A DNA stretch of 64,000 nucleotides from Candidatus Latescibacterota bacterium (GTDB taxonomy: Bacteria > Latescibacterota > UBA2968 > UBA8231), in contig OY730476.1 of the NCBI GenBank assembly GCA_963422735.1, positions 3,072,001-3,136,000 on the forward strand, given 5' to 3'. The stretch's first letter is position 1. Each line of letters opens with the position of its first letter. Of the stretch, positions 23,124 through 32,863 are shown one piece after another. Below the pieces are notes generated by a model. That model was not told the origin of the DNA and ran no database searches. It saw only the letters and a program-made list of their open reading frames with translations. Position numbers and translations under genes: made by a program.

Positions 23124-24113
23124 CTAGGCAGTTTGCGCTTCTTTGTTCACGGCTTGGATCATGGCGATGATATACCCGAACTGAAAGGCCCAAGCTTGGC
23201 GCACCCGGCCCGAAACGCCTTCGGGTGCCTTGTCGTCGGGGTGGGACGGCGCGTGGTCGGGCATCAGCATGTATTCATAGCCTACGTCTCTCAGGGTGCG
23301 CGCCACTTCGTGCATGTCCACGTCGCCTTCGTCGGGCCAGACCTCTTGGAAATTGTGCAGCCCACCCTTGATGTTGCGGTAGTGGATGTTGAAGAGCTTT
23401 CCCCGCTCGCCGAAGTAGCGCACGATATGGCAGAGTTCTGCGGCCGGATTTTCCAAGCCCTCAGACGCCACGCCGCAGCAAAAATTAAAGCCGTGATACG
23501 GGCTATCGACCAGCTCGGAAAAGCGCTTGAGCCCCTCCATCACCGGCCAGTTCCAGCGCTCGACGCCACGCAGGACGGGAGCTGGTGGGTCGTTGAGATG
23601 GCAGGCCATCTGCACCTTGTTTTCCTCGGCGACCGGAATCACGCGCTCGAGCCAGTAGGCGGCCCGCTCAAACGCCTCTTCGCGGCTGACCACGCCCGCT
23701 TCGCTCAGCGTTTCGTTGTCGAATTTCGAGAGGTCAAATGAGCTGTACATCACGCCCCCGCGCCCAAGCGTAGGCTCGGTGCGCTGATGCGGCAGGATGC
23801 AGAAGTTGTAAAGCAACGCCCGCAGCCCGGCTTTCCCCGCGTTTTCGATCCAGCGGCAGACCTCGTCGAGGTCCCGGTCTCGCTGCGGGTCCTGTGCCAG
23901 CGTGATGCTTGGCGGTACGCCGATGTGGATCGACTCCAAGCTCACTCCATACTCAGCGGCTTCCTCTTTATGCCGCACCAAGGTCTCGACCTCGTTGTTC
24001 TCAACCGAGGCATCCATGTGAGTCACCCCGTGCCGCACCAGAAACTCCAGCTCCACCTTTGAGGTCCCAATCCCCTGCACCCCGACGTGCATTCCGCTTT
24101 GCCCGTCGTTCAT
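23124..24113 (-). CDS. uxuA: mannonate dehydratase family protein
   Basis: RDRDL, LERVIPVAEE, H.NDPP, HYRN, DEGDVDM, PDHAP. Confidence 0.8.
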   Translation of the reverse strand: MNDGQSGMHVGVQGIGTSKVELEFLVRHGVTHMDASVENNEVETLVRHKEEAAEYGVSLESIHIGVPPSITLAQDPQRDRDLDEVCRWIENAGKAGLRALLYNFCILPHQRTEPTLGRGGVMYSSFDLSKFDNETLSEAGVVSREEAFERAAYWLERVIPVAEENKVQMACHLNDPPAPVLRGVERWNWPVMEGLKRFSELVDSPYHGFNFCCGVASEGLENPAAELCHIVRYFGERGKLFNIHYRNIKGGLHNFQEVWPDEGDVDMHEVARTLRDVGYEYMLMPDHAPSHPDDKAPEGVSGRVRQAWAFQFGYIIAMIQAVNKEAQTA

Positions 24114-24155
24114 TTCCGTTGCTCCTTTCTATCAAAATGGCAAAATGGACCACCA

Positions 24156-24941
24156 CTAGGCCGATGCTCCTGAATAGTGCTGCACCCCCCACAACCAAAA
24201 CGCCCGCGCCCCCACCAGCATTCCCCCTGCCATCGCCAACGCTCCCCCCAACACCTCCGGCGACAACCGCCCCACCAGTGCCTCCGACGGCACGGTCACC
24301 GCAAAGGCCACTGGTACCAGAAAGGTCATCGCCATTTTGAGCCAACGCGGGTAGATTGCCACCGGATACTTGCCCGCGCTGTAAACGGCCTGAAAGATGA
24401 CTAGAATATTCTCCGCTTTGATAAACCAGAACGTAGTTGTTGCTAGCACCAGCCAAAAACTGTAGACGATTGCCGCACCAGCCGCAAGCGTCAGGGCAAA
24501 TCCCGCCGCGTGTGCAAGGCTCGTCCGCATCCCGATCTCAACTAGGGCAACGGCAATCAGTGCCACCCCCTGCACTACGTCCAAGAACTTCCAGATCCGC
24601 ACCTCGCCGATACTCACTAGCACTTGTGCATCCTCCGGCTTGGTGAGAGTAAAGTCCAGCGTACCTAGGCGCACATCGTCCATAAAGCGCTGCATCGATG
24701 GCTGGATTAGCGCACCAATCAGGCCGCTCATCAGGAAGAAGACCCCCAAGAGGGCTACCAGTTCGGCTGGCTGCCAGCCGCCCAGTTCCTCGGTGTGCGA
24801 AAAAATCACCGCCAAACCCGCCAGTGCGACCCCCAGATTGAGCAAGCTCTGCACTAGCTGCACCCAGAAATTGGCTTGGTACGCCAGTTCGTTCATCGCG
24901 CCGATGCGCAGGAAGATCCACAGCAGTCGCAAATAGTTCAC
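24156..24941 (-). CDS. ABC-2 type transporter permease (DUF990-like)
   Basis: GTG overlapping upstream TGA; G.LD..L.KP, KYP..IYP.W. Confidence 0.85.
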   Translation of the reverse strand: MNYLRLLWIFLRIGAMNELAYQANFWVQLVQSLLNLGVALAGLAVIFSHTEELGGWQPAELVALLGVFFLMSGLIGALIQPSMQRFMDDVRLGTLDFTLTKPEDAQVLVSIGEVRIWKFLDVVQGVALIAVALVEIGMRTSLAHAAGFALTLAAGAAIVYSFWLVLATTTFWFIKAENILVIFQAVYSAGKYPVAIYPRWLKMAMTFLVPVAFAVTVPSEALVGRLSPEVLGGALAMAGGMLVGARAFWLWGVQHYSGASA

Positions 24942-25741
24942 GAGCCAACCGCCGAGTATCTGCGTACGCCCTGCGACCAAACTGCGGCCAGAATCCTCCA
25001 GCTCAGCCCCAGCCACACCACCTGCGCGGCCACGCCCCAGAGCACCTCGGTGGGTGTGAGTCGGCCGAGCAGAAGTTCGGTAGGAAAAGCTAGCATCCAG
25101 CGGAAGGGCAAAAGCGCGGCCAGCGTCTGGAGCCACTCGGGCAAAAGAGACAGCGGTGCCATCTGGCCGGAAAAGAAAAGCAAGGCCGCGAAGTAGACCT
25201 GGTTGGCCGCGGCCGTGCGCGTGGTCCACAGGGCCACTAAAGCCAGTGCCCACTCGGCGAAAAAGCGCATTATGAACGCCAGCAGGATGACAGGTATCCA
25301 AGCCCAAATTGCCCAAGTCGGCGGGTCGAAGACGGGATCGAAGAGCCAGATCATTAACCCCATCGTCGGCAGCATCACCGTTAGGGTCAGAAACTTGTAG
25401 GAGATATTCGTGGCAATGTCGCGGTGGATCGGGTGCAGCGGCTGGAGCAGGAGCGGCGAGAAGCCCCCCGACCGCACCCGATATTCAAATTCGTACATAA
25501 ACCAAGTAAAGGTCAGGTGGCTCATCAGCATCATGGCGATGTAGTAGGCGGCGAAGTCCCCGCTGGAAAAGCCCCCCACCTGCCCGCCCTGCGAGCGGGC
25601 CACCGCCGTCCACACCGAAAGGAAGACCAGTGCCTCGACGATGCGACCGATCAGCCAGATTGCCATCGCCGCCCGGTACTGGAACTGCACGGCTAGGTCG
25701 GTGCGGAAGAGCGCGGTGTAGATGCCCGCTAGACCCCTCAT
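24938..25741 (-). CDS. ABC-2 type transporter permease
   Basis: QYR, R.G.FS..LL.P, FSG..APL.LLP.W, YSAVG. Confidence 0.85.
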   Translation of the reverse strand: MRGLAGIYTALFRTDLAVQFQYRAAMAIWLIGRIVEALVFLSVWTAVARSQGGQVGGFSSGDFAAYYIAMMLMSHLTFTWFMYEFEYRVRSGGFSPLLLQPLHPIHRDIATNISYKFLTLTVMLPTMGLMIWLFDPVFDPPTWAIWAWIPVILLAFIMRFFAEWALALVALWTTRTAAANQVYFAALLFFSGQMAPLSLLPEWLQTLAALLPFRWMLAFPTELLLGRLTPTEVLWGVAAQVVWLGLSWRILAAVWSQGVRRYSAVGS

Positions 25742-26712
25742 GCCTGCTCAAAGACCTCTTCGATCACGTCCTCAATCGGCGGATCCTCCACCGTCAGATC
25801 GAGAACGGGTTGCTCGCTGAGGAGCCGTCCGGTCGCCTGCGCTGTCTCCGCCTTGGGCACCCGCAGCGATACGCGCCCCTCGCTACTGGCGACGATCTCT
25901 CCATAGTTGCCGAGGTCTCCGTGCCCGTTTTCCAGTTCGACAATGATCGTCTTGTGCGGTGAGAAGCGCTGCACAAGCTCGGTGAGCTGGCCGTCGAAGA
26001 GCAGCAGTCCGCGGTGGATTACCACCACTCGTTTGCACAGCGCCTCGACGTCGGCCATGTAGTGGCTGGTAAGGAGCACGGTGGCACCGTAGCGCTGATT
26101 GTATTCGGTTAAAAAGGCGCGGATCCGACGCTGCATGGTCACGTCGAGGCCGATGGTCGGCTCATCGAGGAAGAGGACTTGTGGCTTGTGCAAAAGTGCG
26201 GCGGCAACTTCGCACTTCATGCGCTCACCCAAAGAGAGGTTGCGCACGGGCTTGTCGAGAAGCGCACCCAAGTCGAGAAGCGCGGTCAATTCGTCGACCG
26301 TTTGCAGGTACGCGCCCCGCTCTAGGCGGTAGATGGCTCGGTTGCGTTCAAAGGAGTCGATTACGGGGATGTCCCAGAGTAGCTGGTTGCGATTGCCCAT
26401 CACCAAAGTGATCTGGCGGAGGAAATCGCGCTGCCGTTTGAACGGCTCAAAACCGAGGACTCGGCCGTGCCCGCCGGAAGGATACAGGAGGCCCGAAAGC
26501 ATCTTGAGGCTGGTGGTCTTGCCCGCGCCATTAGGCCCTAAAAAGCCGACGATTTCACCGGGAGCGACCTCAAAGCTGATCCCTTTGACGGCCTCGACCT
26601 GGCGCGTCTGGCGCTGCACTAGGCTCTTGAATGCCGCGGCCAAGCCGCCTTCGCGCACGGGGACCGCATAGGTTTTGCTCAGTTCGCGGACATCAATGGC
26701 GAGCACTGCCAA
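25738..26712 (-). CDS. ABC transporter ATP-binding protein
   Basis: GPNGAGKTT, LSLGERM, LFLDEPTIGLD. Confidence 0.93.
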   Translation of the reverse strand: MAVLAIDVRELSKTYAVPVREGGLAAAFKSLVQRQTRQVEAVKGISFEVAPGEIVGFLGPNGAGKTTSLKMLSGLLYPSGGHGRVLGFEPFKRQRDFLRQITLVMGNRNQLLWDIPVIDSFERNRAIYRLERGAYLQTVDELTALLDLGALLDKPVRNLSLGERMKCEVAAALLHKPQVLFLDEPTIGLDVTMQRRIRAFLTEYNQRYGATVLLTSHYMADVEALCKRVVVIHRGLLLFDGQLTELVQRFSPHKTIIVELENGHGDLGNYGEIVASSEGRVSLRVPKAETAQATGRLLSEQPVLDLTVEDPPIEDVIEEVFEQA

Positions 26713-26832
26713 GGGTTTCGCTTCTCCGGGTTAGAGGGGGGTGAAGCAGGCGTGCCAAGGGCGAATATAACCGAAAGGATTAACAGGGAAAATCAGCTAC
26801 CGGCGCGCCTCCATTGCCGAAGATGCCCGATT

Positions 26833-27444
26833 CTAGGCGAGGGGGCGGCCGCAGAGCCGGGTGCGCATGGAATCAAGGGGGAAAGCTGGGCCGGGATCGA
26901 CCTTGCGCGAGGGGGCGATTTCCTCGTGGCCGAGAATGTATTGGATGCCGTAGCGTTGGATCAGCGCGGAGCAAATCGCCTCGACGACTGCTAGCTGTTC
27001 GCTTGTGTAGCGGTGCCAGTAGGAGTCCTCTGACTGGTTGCGATGTACGCCGCACACCACTTCCTCGGGCGGGTACATCTGCCCAAACCACGATTCGTAG
27101 CGGCCATTCCGCTCGCAAAGCTGACCGGCGTTATCGATCTCGATGCCGATCGCATACTTGTTGAACCCGGAACGCGTCCCCCACTGGCTCACGCCAGCAT
27201 GCCAGCCGATGATATCGAAGGGCAACAACTGCGTCACCGCGCCGTTGCGGGCAACCACTAGATGGGCCGAAACCTTGTTTTCTCGCTTGTCGTCGCAGAG
27301 GGTGTGGATGGCCGCCTCGGCGCTGGCTGTGGCCGTAAAGTGAATGATGATCGCGTCGGGTGCGCCTGGGGCAAATGGGCCGCCTTGGTTGGGCGATTCG
27401 ATGTAGTTGACGCCTTTGAGTTGGTGATCAAGGTCTATTTCCAT
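26833..27444 (-). CDS. N-acetylmuramoyl-L-alanine amidase (Amidase_2, AmpD-like)
   Basis: IHFTA, SAH, WHAG, GIEIDN, GHEEIAP.RK.DPG. Confidence 0.9.
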   Translation of the reverse strand: MEIDLDHQLKGVNYIESPNQGGPFAPGAPDAIIIHFTATASAEAAIHTLCDDKRENKVSAHLVVARNGAVTQLLPFDIIGWHAGVSQWGTRSGFNKYAIGIEIDNAGQLCERNGRYESWFGQMYPPEEVVCGVHRNQSEDSYWHRYTSEQLAVVEAICSALIQRYGIQYILGHEEIAPSRKVDPGPAFPLDSMRTRLCGRPLA

Positions 27445-27554
27445 AATCACTTCAGTAGAAGATGCGTTCTCTGCAACGGGCGCGGAGGCTGCAATGTAGA
27501 GGGCCGATTTCGTTATAAGTAGCTATCTAGTTTTATTATAATGTATATTTATGT

Positions 27555-27688
27555 TGTCATGCTGACGAAGTATCTTTTAACCTGTACGTTGATGGATGCA
27601 GCAGATTCTTCGCTTCACCGCGCCTTGTCCTTAGGCGTAAACAAGGCCGGGTGAAGCTGGCGCGACCTCCGCTTCGCTCAGAATGACA
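27555..27688. repeat. REP/MITE-like palindromic repeat (TGTCAT...ATGACA ends) containing a nested mini-element
   Basis: left arm TGTCATGCTGACGAAGTATCT is an imperfect inverted repeat of right arm AGATTCTTCG...CTCAGAATGACA. Confidence 0.75.
27612..27665 (+). mobile_element. palindromic mini-element, copy A (54 bp)
   Basis: GCTTCACCGCGCCTTGTCC...GGGTGAAGCTGGCGCGA; both ends shared with copies at 38549-38596 and 39909-39955. Confidence 0.75.
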
Positions 27689-27769
27689 GGGCAATTAGGG
27701 CAATTAAGGTATATTATACAAAATACGAAAATGCTTCGAGCTTCACCGACCCTTTAGGGTTAACTACCC

Positions 27770-28810
27770 ATGACGACTGACAAACATGCCGCTGATCTCG
27801 CATGGCAGCGCACGGTCCTGCAAGATGTCTCGCGCACTTTCGCGCTCACCATTCCGCAGCTTCCGTCGGGCCTGCGCGATGTCGTAGGCAACGCGTACTT
27901 GCTGTGCCGCATCGCAGACACTATCGAGGATGAGCCGACCCTTTCGGCCGACGGGAAACGCGAATTTTCCGAGCGATTTATCCGGGTCGTTGCGGGAGAG
28001 GAGCCGCCCGCCCCTTTCGCCGAGCAGCTCGCACCGCGCCTGTCCGACAGTATGCTGCTCGCCGAACGCCAGCTTGTGGCCAATACCCCGCGGGTGCTCC
28101 GGCTCACCCAAGGGTTTTCCGACCGGCAGCGCGCTGCACTCGTGCGCTGTGTGCGGATTATGTCGCATGGCATGGCCGAGTTTCAGCAAAGCCCGGGCCT
28201 CAAAGGCCTAGACGATCTCCCCCATCTCGACCGTTATTGCTACTATGTCGCCGGCGTCGTTGGCGAGATGCTCACCGAGTTGTTCTGCGACTATTCGGCA
28301 GAAATCGACCGCCATCGCAAGAGGTTGTTGCAGATTTCGGTGTCGTTCGGCCAGGGCTTGCAGATGACCAACATCCTCAAGGACATCTGGGATGACCGGG
28401 CACGCGGCGCGTGTTGGCTGCCGCGAGACGTGTTCCAGCAATCCGGGTTTGATCTGCGCTCCCTTGAGGCCGGCCAGACGAATCCCGCGTTCCGCACGGC
28501 GCTGAATGAACTGATCGGCTTGGCCCGGATGCACCTCGGCAATGCGCTGGCCTTCACGCTGCTCATCCCCGGGCGCGAAGCCGGCATTCGCCGGTTCTGC
28601 CTTTGGGCCTTGAGCATGGCTGTACTGACGTTGCGCCGCATCCACGCCCACGCGGATTTTACCAGTGGGCAGCAGGTCAAAATTTCGCGGCGCAGCGTGT
28701 GGGCAACCGTGATCGTGACCAGTCTGGCGGTGCGCAGCGACGGTGCGCTCAAAGCGCTGTTTGCGCACTTTACGCGCAATCTGCCCTCGCACGTCGAGGC
28801 ACCGGCCTGA
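27770..28810 (+). CDS. squalene/phytoene synthase family protein (single-enzyme squalene synthase-like)
   Basis: VSRTFALTI, YLLCRIADTIED, YCYYVAGVVG, GLQMTNILKD. Confidence 0.88.
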   Translation: MTTDKHAADLAWQRTVLQDVSRTFALTIPQLPSGLRDVVGNAYLLCRIADTIEDEPTLSADGKREFSERFIRVVAGEEPPAPFAEQLAPRLSDSMLLAERQLVANTPRVLRLTQGFSDRQRAALVRCVRIMSHGMAEFQQSPGLKGLDDLPHLDRYCYYVAGVVGEMLTELFCDYSAEIDRHRKRLLQISVSFGQGLQMTNILKDIWDDRARGACWLPRDVFQQSGFDLRSLEAGQTNPAFRTALNELIGLARMHLGNALAFTLLIPGREAGIRRFCLWALSMAVLTLRRIHAHADFTSGQQVKISRRSVWATVIVTSLAVRSDGALKALFAHFTRNLPSHVEAPA

Positions 28811-28886
28811 AGTTTGGGTGCGTAGCAGACGGCGGTGCTGTTCTTTAATTTTTTAGCGTACAGCAAATTCTCGGAGAAGTTTCACC

Positions 28887-30101
28887 ATGCAGTTTGATCT
28901 CGTACTCAAAGGCGGGCACCTGATAGACCCCCAAAATGGCATTGACGCGCCCAAGGACATCGGCATCAAGGGGAAGGCGATCGCGGCCGTAGATGCGGAG
29001 TTGCCGACCGAGGGGCAGGTCATCGACGTGAGCGGACTCTACGTGACGCCGGGGCTAGTGGACATCCACATCCACGCCTATGCCACGGCTGGCCACCGCG
29101 ATACTTGGGCCGGCGACAACAGCATCCTGCCCGACGGCTTTAGTTTCCGCACCGGGGTGACGACGCTGGTGGATACCGGGAGCGCGGGCTGGCGCAACTT
29201 TGCGGACTTTCGCCATCGGGTAATCGACCGCTGCCAAACGCGCCTCTTCGCGCTGGTTAATATCGCCGGGACTGGGATGACCTCTATAGACCACGAGCAG
29301 AATCCGTACGACATGGATCCCGACAAGACGGCGGGCGTGGCGCGGGAAAACGAGGATGTAGTAGTAGGCATAAAAACGGCGCACTACATAGGCCCTGAAT
29401 GGATTTCGGTTGATCGCACGCTCGCGGCAGCCGAGCAGGCCGCGACGCGGGTGATGATCGACTTTGGCTACTTCAGAAAGGAGCGGCCCTACTACCAACT
29501 CTTGGGCGAAAAACTGCGTCCGGGCGACATAAGCACTCACATCTTTCGCGGACCGACGCCGTGGTTTGACGCAGAGGGCAAGGTGCTGTCCTACCTGCAC
29601 GAGGCGCGGGCAAGGGGCGTCGTCTTGGACGTGGGGCACGGTGCCGGCAGTTTCTGTTTTCGCAACGCGGTCCCAGCCATCGTCCAGGGATTCTATCCAG
29701 ACTCAATCTCGACCGACCTGCACGTCCTCTGCATGAATATGGGTATGCTCGACATGGCGACGACCATGTCGAAATTTCTGGTGATGGGCATGCCGCTCGG
29801 CGAGGTCATCCGCGCCTCAACGATCAACCCGGCGCGGGAGATTGGCCACCCCGAGCTGGGGCACCTGTCGGTGGGTGCCGTGGCCGATGTGGCGGCCTTG
29901 AAGCAGATGGAGGGGAATTTTGGGTACGCCGATTCTTTCGGCGGACGGTTGGACGGTCACAAGCGGCTGTTTTGCGAGCTGACGGTCAAGGACGGTGAAG
30001 TGGTCTGGGATTGGAATGGCCGAGCGGGGATCGCGTATCCTGAACTTGGCGATAGTTATGGGATCCGTGAGGGCGAGTATTTGATCCCACCCCCGGCGTG
30101 A
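28887..30101 (+). CDS. amidohydrolase/deacetylase family metallohydrolase (dihydroorotase-like)
   Basis: PGLVDIHIH, GVTT.VD.GSAG, DVGHG.GSF, ISTDLH. Confidence 0.88.
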   Translation: MQFDLVLKGGHLIDPQNGIDAPKDIGIKGKAIAAVDAELPTEGQVIDVSGLYVTPGLVDIHIHAYATAGHRDTWAGDNSILPDGFSFRTGVTTLVDTGSAGWRNFADFRHRVIDRCQTRLFALVNIAGTGMTSIDHEQNPYDMDPDKTAGVARENEDVVVGIKTAHYIGPEWISVDRTLAAAEQAATRVMIDFGYFRKERPYYQLLGEKLRPGDISTHIFRGPTPWFDAEGKVLSYLHEARARGVVLDVGHGAGSFCFRNAVPAIVQGFYPDSISTDLHVLCMNMGMLDMATTMSKFLVMGMPLGEVIRASTINPAREIGHPELGHLSVGAVADVAALKQMEGNFGYADSFGGRLDGHKRLFCELTVKDGEVVWDWNGRAGIAYPELGDSYGIREGEYLIPPPA

Positions 30102-30553
30102 AAAGGGATGCTCTGGTGAAAATCGTCTCTGCGCTGTTGCTCGTCGTCGTCGGATGCGGGCGAGAGCATACCGGCGACCCCATCGTGGTGCGCGACGCTT
30201 GGATCCGGGAACCGCCCCCTCGCAGCCCGGCCGCGGGTTACTTAGTCATTGAAAATCGGGGCGGCGGCCCCGTCGAATTGGTCGCTGTTGCAACCGAGGC
30301 TGCCGAACAAACCGAGATACACATAATGGAATACAAAGACGACCGGATGACGATGCGCCAAGTCGCAAAGCTAGAGGTCCCAGCAGGCGAAGAGGTTGCG
30401 CTGAGGCCGGGCGGTGCCCATCTGATGCTAATGGAACTGCGCCGGCCGCTGCGGGACGGCGGAGAGGTTGCGCTGGTGCTGCGCTTTGGCGATGGAACGG
30501 AAAGGAGAATACAGGTGCCGGTGCGGAAGAAAGGTCTTTATGAAAACGATTGA
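30098..30553 (+). CDS. copper chaperone PCu(A)C
   Basis: lipobox VVGC, H..M...M.M, PGG.HLML. Confidence 0.9.
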   Translation: MKRDALVKIVSALLLVVVGCGREHTGDPIVVRDAWIREPPPRSPAAGYLVIENRGGGPVELVAVATEAAEQTEIHIMEYKDDRMTMRQVAKLEVPAGEEVALRPGGAHLMLMELRRPLRDGGEVALVLRFGDGTERRIQVPVRKKGLYEND

Positions 30554-31166
30554 CGCGCTGGTCTTTTGCGCGGTTTTTGCGCTGCTCGCAGCTTGCGGTG
30601 CTCAGCCAGAGGCCCAAAAGGGCCCGGTCGCCGAACCCCCTGCCCCCGTGGAGGTCCCCCCCTTGCAGGATTTCGGTGGCATTGGCGGCGATTTCGCGCT
30701 TGTGGATCAGCATGGTGTGCGCTTTGAGTTGCAAAATTTGCGCGGCCAGGCCGCCATGCTCTTCTTCGGGTACACCTATTGTCCCGACATCTGCCCGGTG
30801 ACCCTGTCGAAGATGGGCCGCGTCTATCAGCTCTTAGACGAGCGCCAGCAAGAGTTGAAGACCCTCTTCGTCACTGTTGACCCCAAGCGCGATACTCAGG
30901 AGAAGCTGGCAGAATACCTCGATTACTTCGCCATTGATGCCATTGGCCTGCACGGCAACAAGGAGGAGATTGACCAAGTGGTGCGTCAGTATGGTGCTCA
31001 TTATTCCCTCGGAGAGGAGCAGGCCGCCTACTTAGTCGATCACTCAACCTATACCTACCTGATCGATCAGCAGGGCAAGGTGCGGTTCCTATTCCGCCAG
31101 AGCGACGGCCCAGAGCTGATGGCAGCGGTAACCGAACAACTCTTCGCCGAGGCAGGAAAGCCATGA
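30540..31166 (+). CDS. SCO1/SenC family copper chaperone
   Basis: lipobox LAAC, FGYTYCPDICP, VDP.RD, YLVDHS. Confidence 0.92.
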   Translation: MKTIDALVFCAVFALLAACGAQPEAQKGPVAEPPAPVEVPPLQDFGGIGGDFALVDQHGVRFELQNLRGQAAMLFFGYTYCPDICPVTLSKMGRVYQLLDERQQELKTLFVTVDPKRDTQEKLAEYLDYFAIDAIGLHGNKEEIDQVVRQYGAHYSLGEEQAAYLVDHSTYTYLIDQQGKVRFLFRQSDGPELMAAVTEQLFAEAGKP

Positions 31167-31321
31167 AAAATGTCTTATGCAAAATAGTTAAGATCGTCCA
31201 TGCACTGCTTTGGTTTCCGCTGAGTCCGCTCATCGGCCCGGACTTTCCGCAGCGCCTTTTGTCTCGGGGCCGGCGAAAATCTGCTCGTGCCAAGCAGACG
31301 CCGACTCAGACCGAGTCGTAG
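31163..31321 (+). CDS. possible 52-aa small protein
   Basis: ATGA overlap with SCO stop; MKNVLCKIVKIVHALLWFPLSPLIGPDFPQRLLSRGRRK... Confidence 0.35.
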   Translation: MKNVLCKIVKIVHALLWFPLSPLIGPDFPQRLLSRGRRKSARAKQTPTQTES

Positions 31322-31372
31322 CCGGCGGTCTGGTTTCATCCGCACTATATTTTCAAGGATCCCATACCAACC

Positions 31373-32782
31373 ATGCAGCGACCGAATATCCTCGTACTCT
31401 ACACTGACCAGCAGCGATGGGACGCCCTCGGTGCCAACGGTAACTCCGAGATCTGCACGCCGCACTTGGACCGGCTCGCTGCTGCCGGAGTAAATTTCGA
31501 CCACTGCTTTGTGCAGAATCCGGTCTGCATGCCCAGCCGCGTGAGCTTTCTCACCGGGCAGTATCCATCCACGCTAGGGCTTTCGCACATGGGAGTGCCC
31601 GTGCCCGAGGATGTGTTGACCTTGCCGCGCCTGCTGCGCAACTACGGCTATTACAGCGGCCAGATTGGCAAGCTCCACTTTCTGCCGCACGCCAACCGCG
31701 ATCACCGCCAGCCCCATCCCAACTACGGGTTCGACCACTTGGAAATCTCGGACGAGCCGGGTTCCTACCACGACGCCTATCGCGCTTGGGTGGCGGCGCA
31801 GGCGGCTGATCAACTCGACCACGTCAGTCTTGGCGAGGCACCCAGTTCGATCGAATGGAAGCGGATTATGAACGTCCGCGACGGGATCGCGCATCCAGAA
31901 AAGCGCTTTGTCAAGCGCGCCTTGGCCAGCCGCTGTCGCAGCGATCTGACCCATACGGCGTTTGTCGCCGACCAGACCATGGATTTTTTGACGCGCCACA
32001 GGGACGGCCCTTTCCTCTGCATCTCCGGTTTCTATTCGCCGCACGATCCTTGGGTGGCTCCACAGGAGTTCCTCGATCTCTACGATCCAGCTACTCTGAC
32101 GTTGCCGTCCTTCCCGCAGACCCTCGACGCCCGCCGAGGCCCGCAGCACTTTTCCGACGATGAACTGCGCTCCGCGCGCCACGGCTATTACGCCATGGTA
32201 TCCGAGGTCGATCACCACGTCGGCCGCATTCTCGACCGGCTCGACGCCCTCGGCATTGCGGACAATACCATCGTCGTTTTCACGTCCGACCACGGCGAGT
32301 GGCTCGGCGAACATCTGCGCTACGGCAAGGGCTACCCCGGTCACGACGCGGTCACGCGCGTCCCCCTGCTGATGCGCTGGCCCGCCGGAGTAAATGCTGG
32401 TGGGCATTGCTCCCGCATCGTCGAGGCATTAGACGTGGTGCCGACGCTGCTGCAAGCCGCCGCAATTCAGCAGCCGACTGCATTGCAAGGCAGCTCCCTG
32501 CTGGCCGACTTGCGCGGCGAGGAAGGCGACGCCCCCGGCTGCGCCATTGCGGAAATGACCCAGCCCGGGCGACGCTGGAAAACGCTGCGCGTGGAGGGTT
32601 TGCGCTACGTGGTGGATGCAGGAGGAGCGGAGGCACTCTTCGACTTGGAGCGCGACCCGATGGCCTACCGGGACATGGCGGGCGAGAGCGTGTACGCCAC
32701 TCGGTTGCAAGCGGTCCGCAAGCGGTTGCTGGAGCGGCTGCTAGAGCGCGAGCGGCCGCTGCCACGGCAGTGGACGTACTGA
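31373..32782 (+). CDS. sulfatase-like hydrolase
   Basis: PNIL..TDQQR, CMPSR, GKLH, FTSDHG. Confidence 0.92.
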   Translation: MQRPNILVLYTDQQRWDALGANGNSEICTPHLDRLAAAGVNFDHCFVQNPVCMPSRVSFLTGQYPSTLGLSHMGVPVPEDVLTLPRLLRNYGYYSGQIGKLHFLPHANRDHRQPHPNYGFDHLEISDEPGSYHDAYRAWVAAQAADQLDHVSLGEAPSSIEWKRIMNVRDGIAHPEKRFVKRALASRCRSDLTHTAFVADQTMDFLTRHRDGPFLCISGFYSPHDPWVAPQEFLDLYDPATLTLPSFPQTLDARRGPQHFSDDELRSARHGYYAMVSEVDHHVGRILDRLDALGIADNTIVVFTSDHGEWLGEHLRYGKGYPGHDAVTRVPLLMRWPAGVNAGGHCSRIVEALDVVPTLLQAAAIQQPTALQGSSLLADLRGEEGDAPGCAIAEMTQPGRRWKTLRVEGLRYVVDAGGAEALFDLERDPMAYRDMAGESVYATRLQAVRKRLLERLLERERPLPRQWTY

Positions 32783-32863
32783 GCCAACGGAACCAGAAAT
32801 CCTGCGGTAACAGCTCATGCAAGCCGAGCAGATTCGGATAAAAATTTTCGCGTCTTCAAAGAC

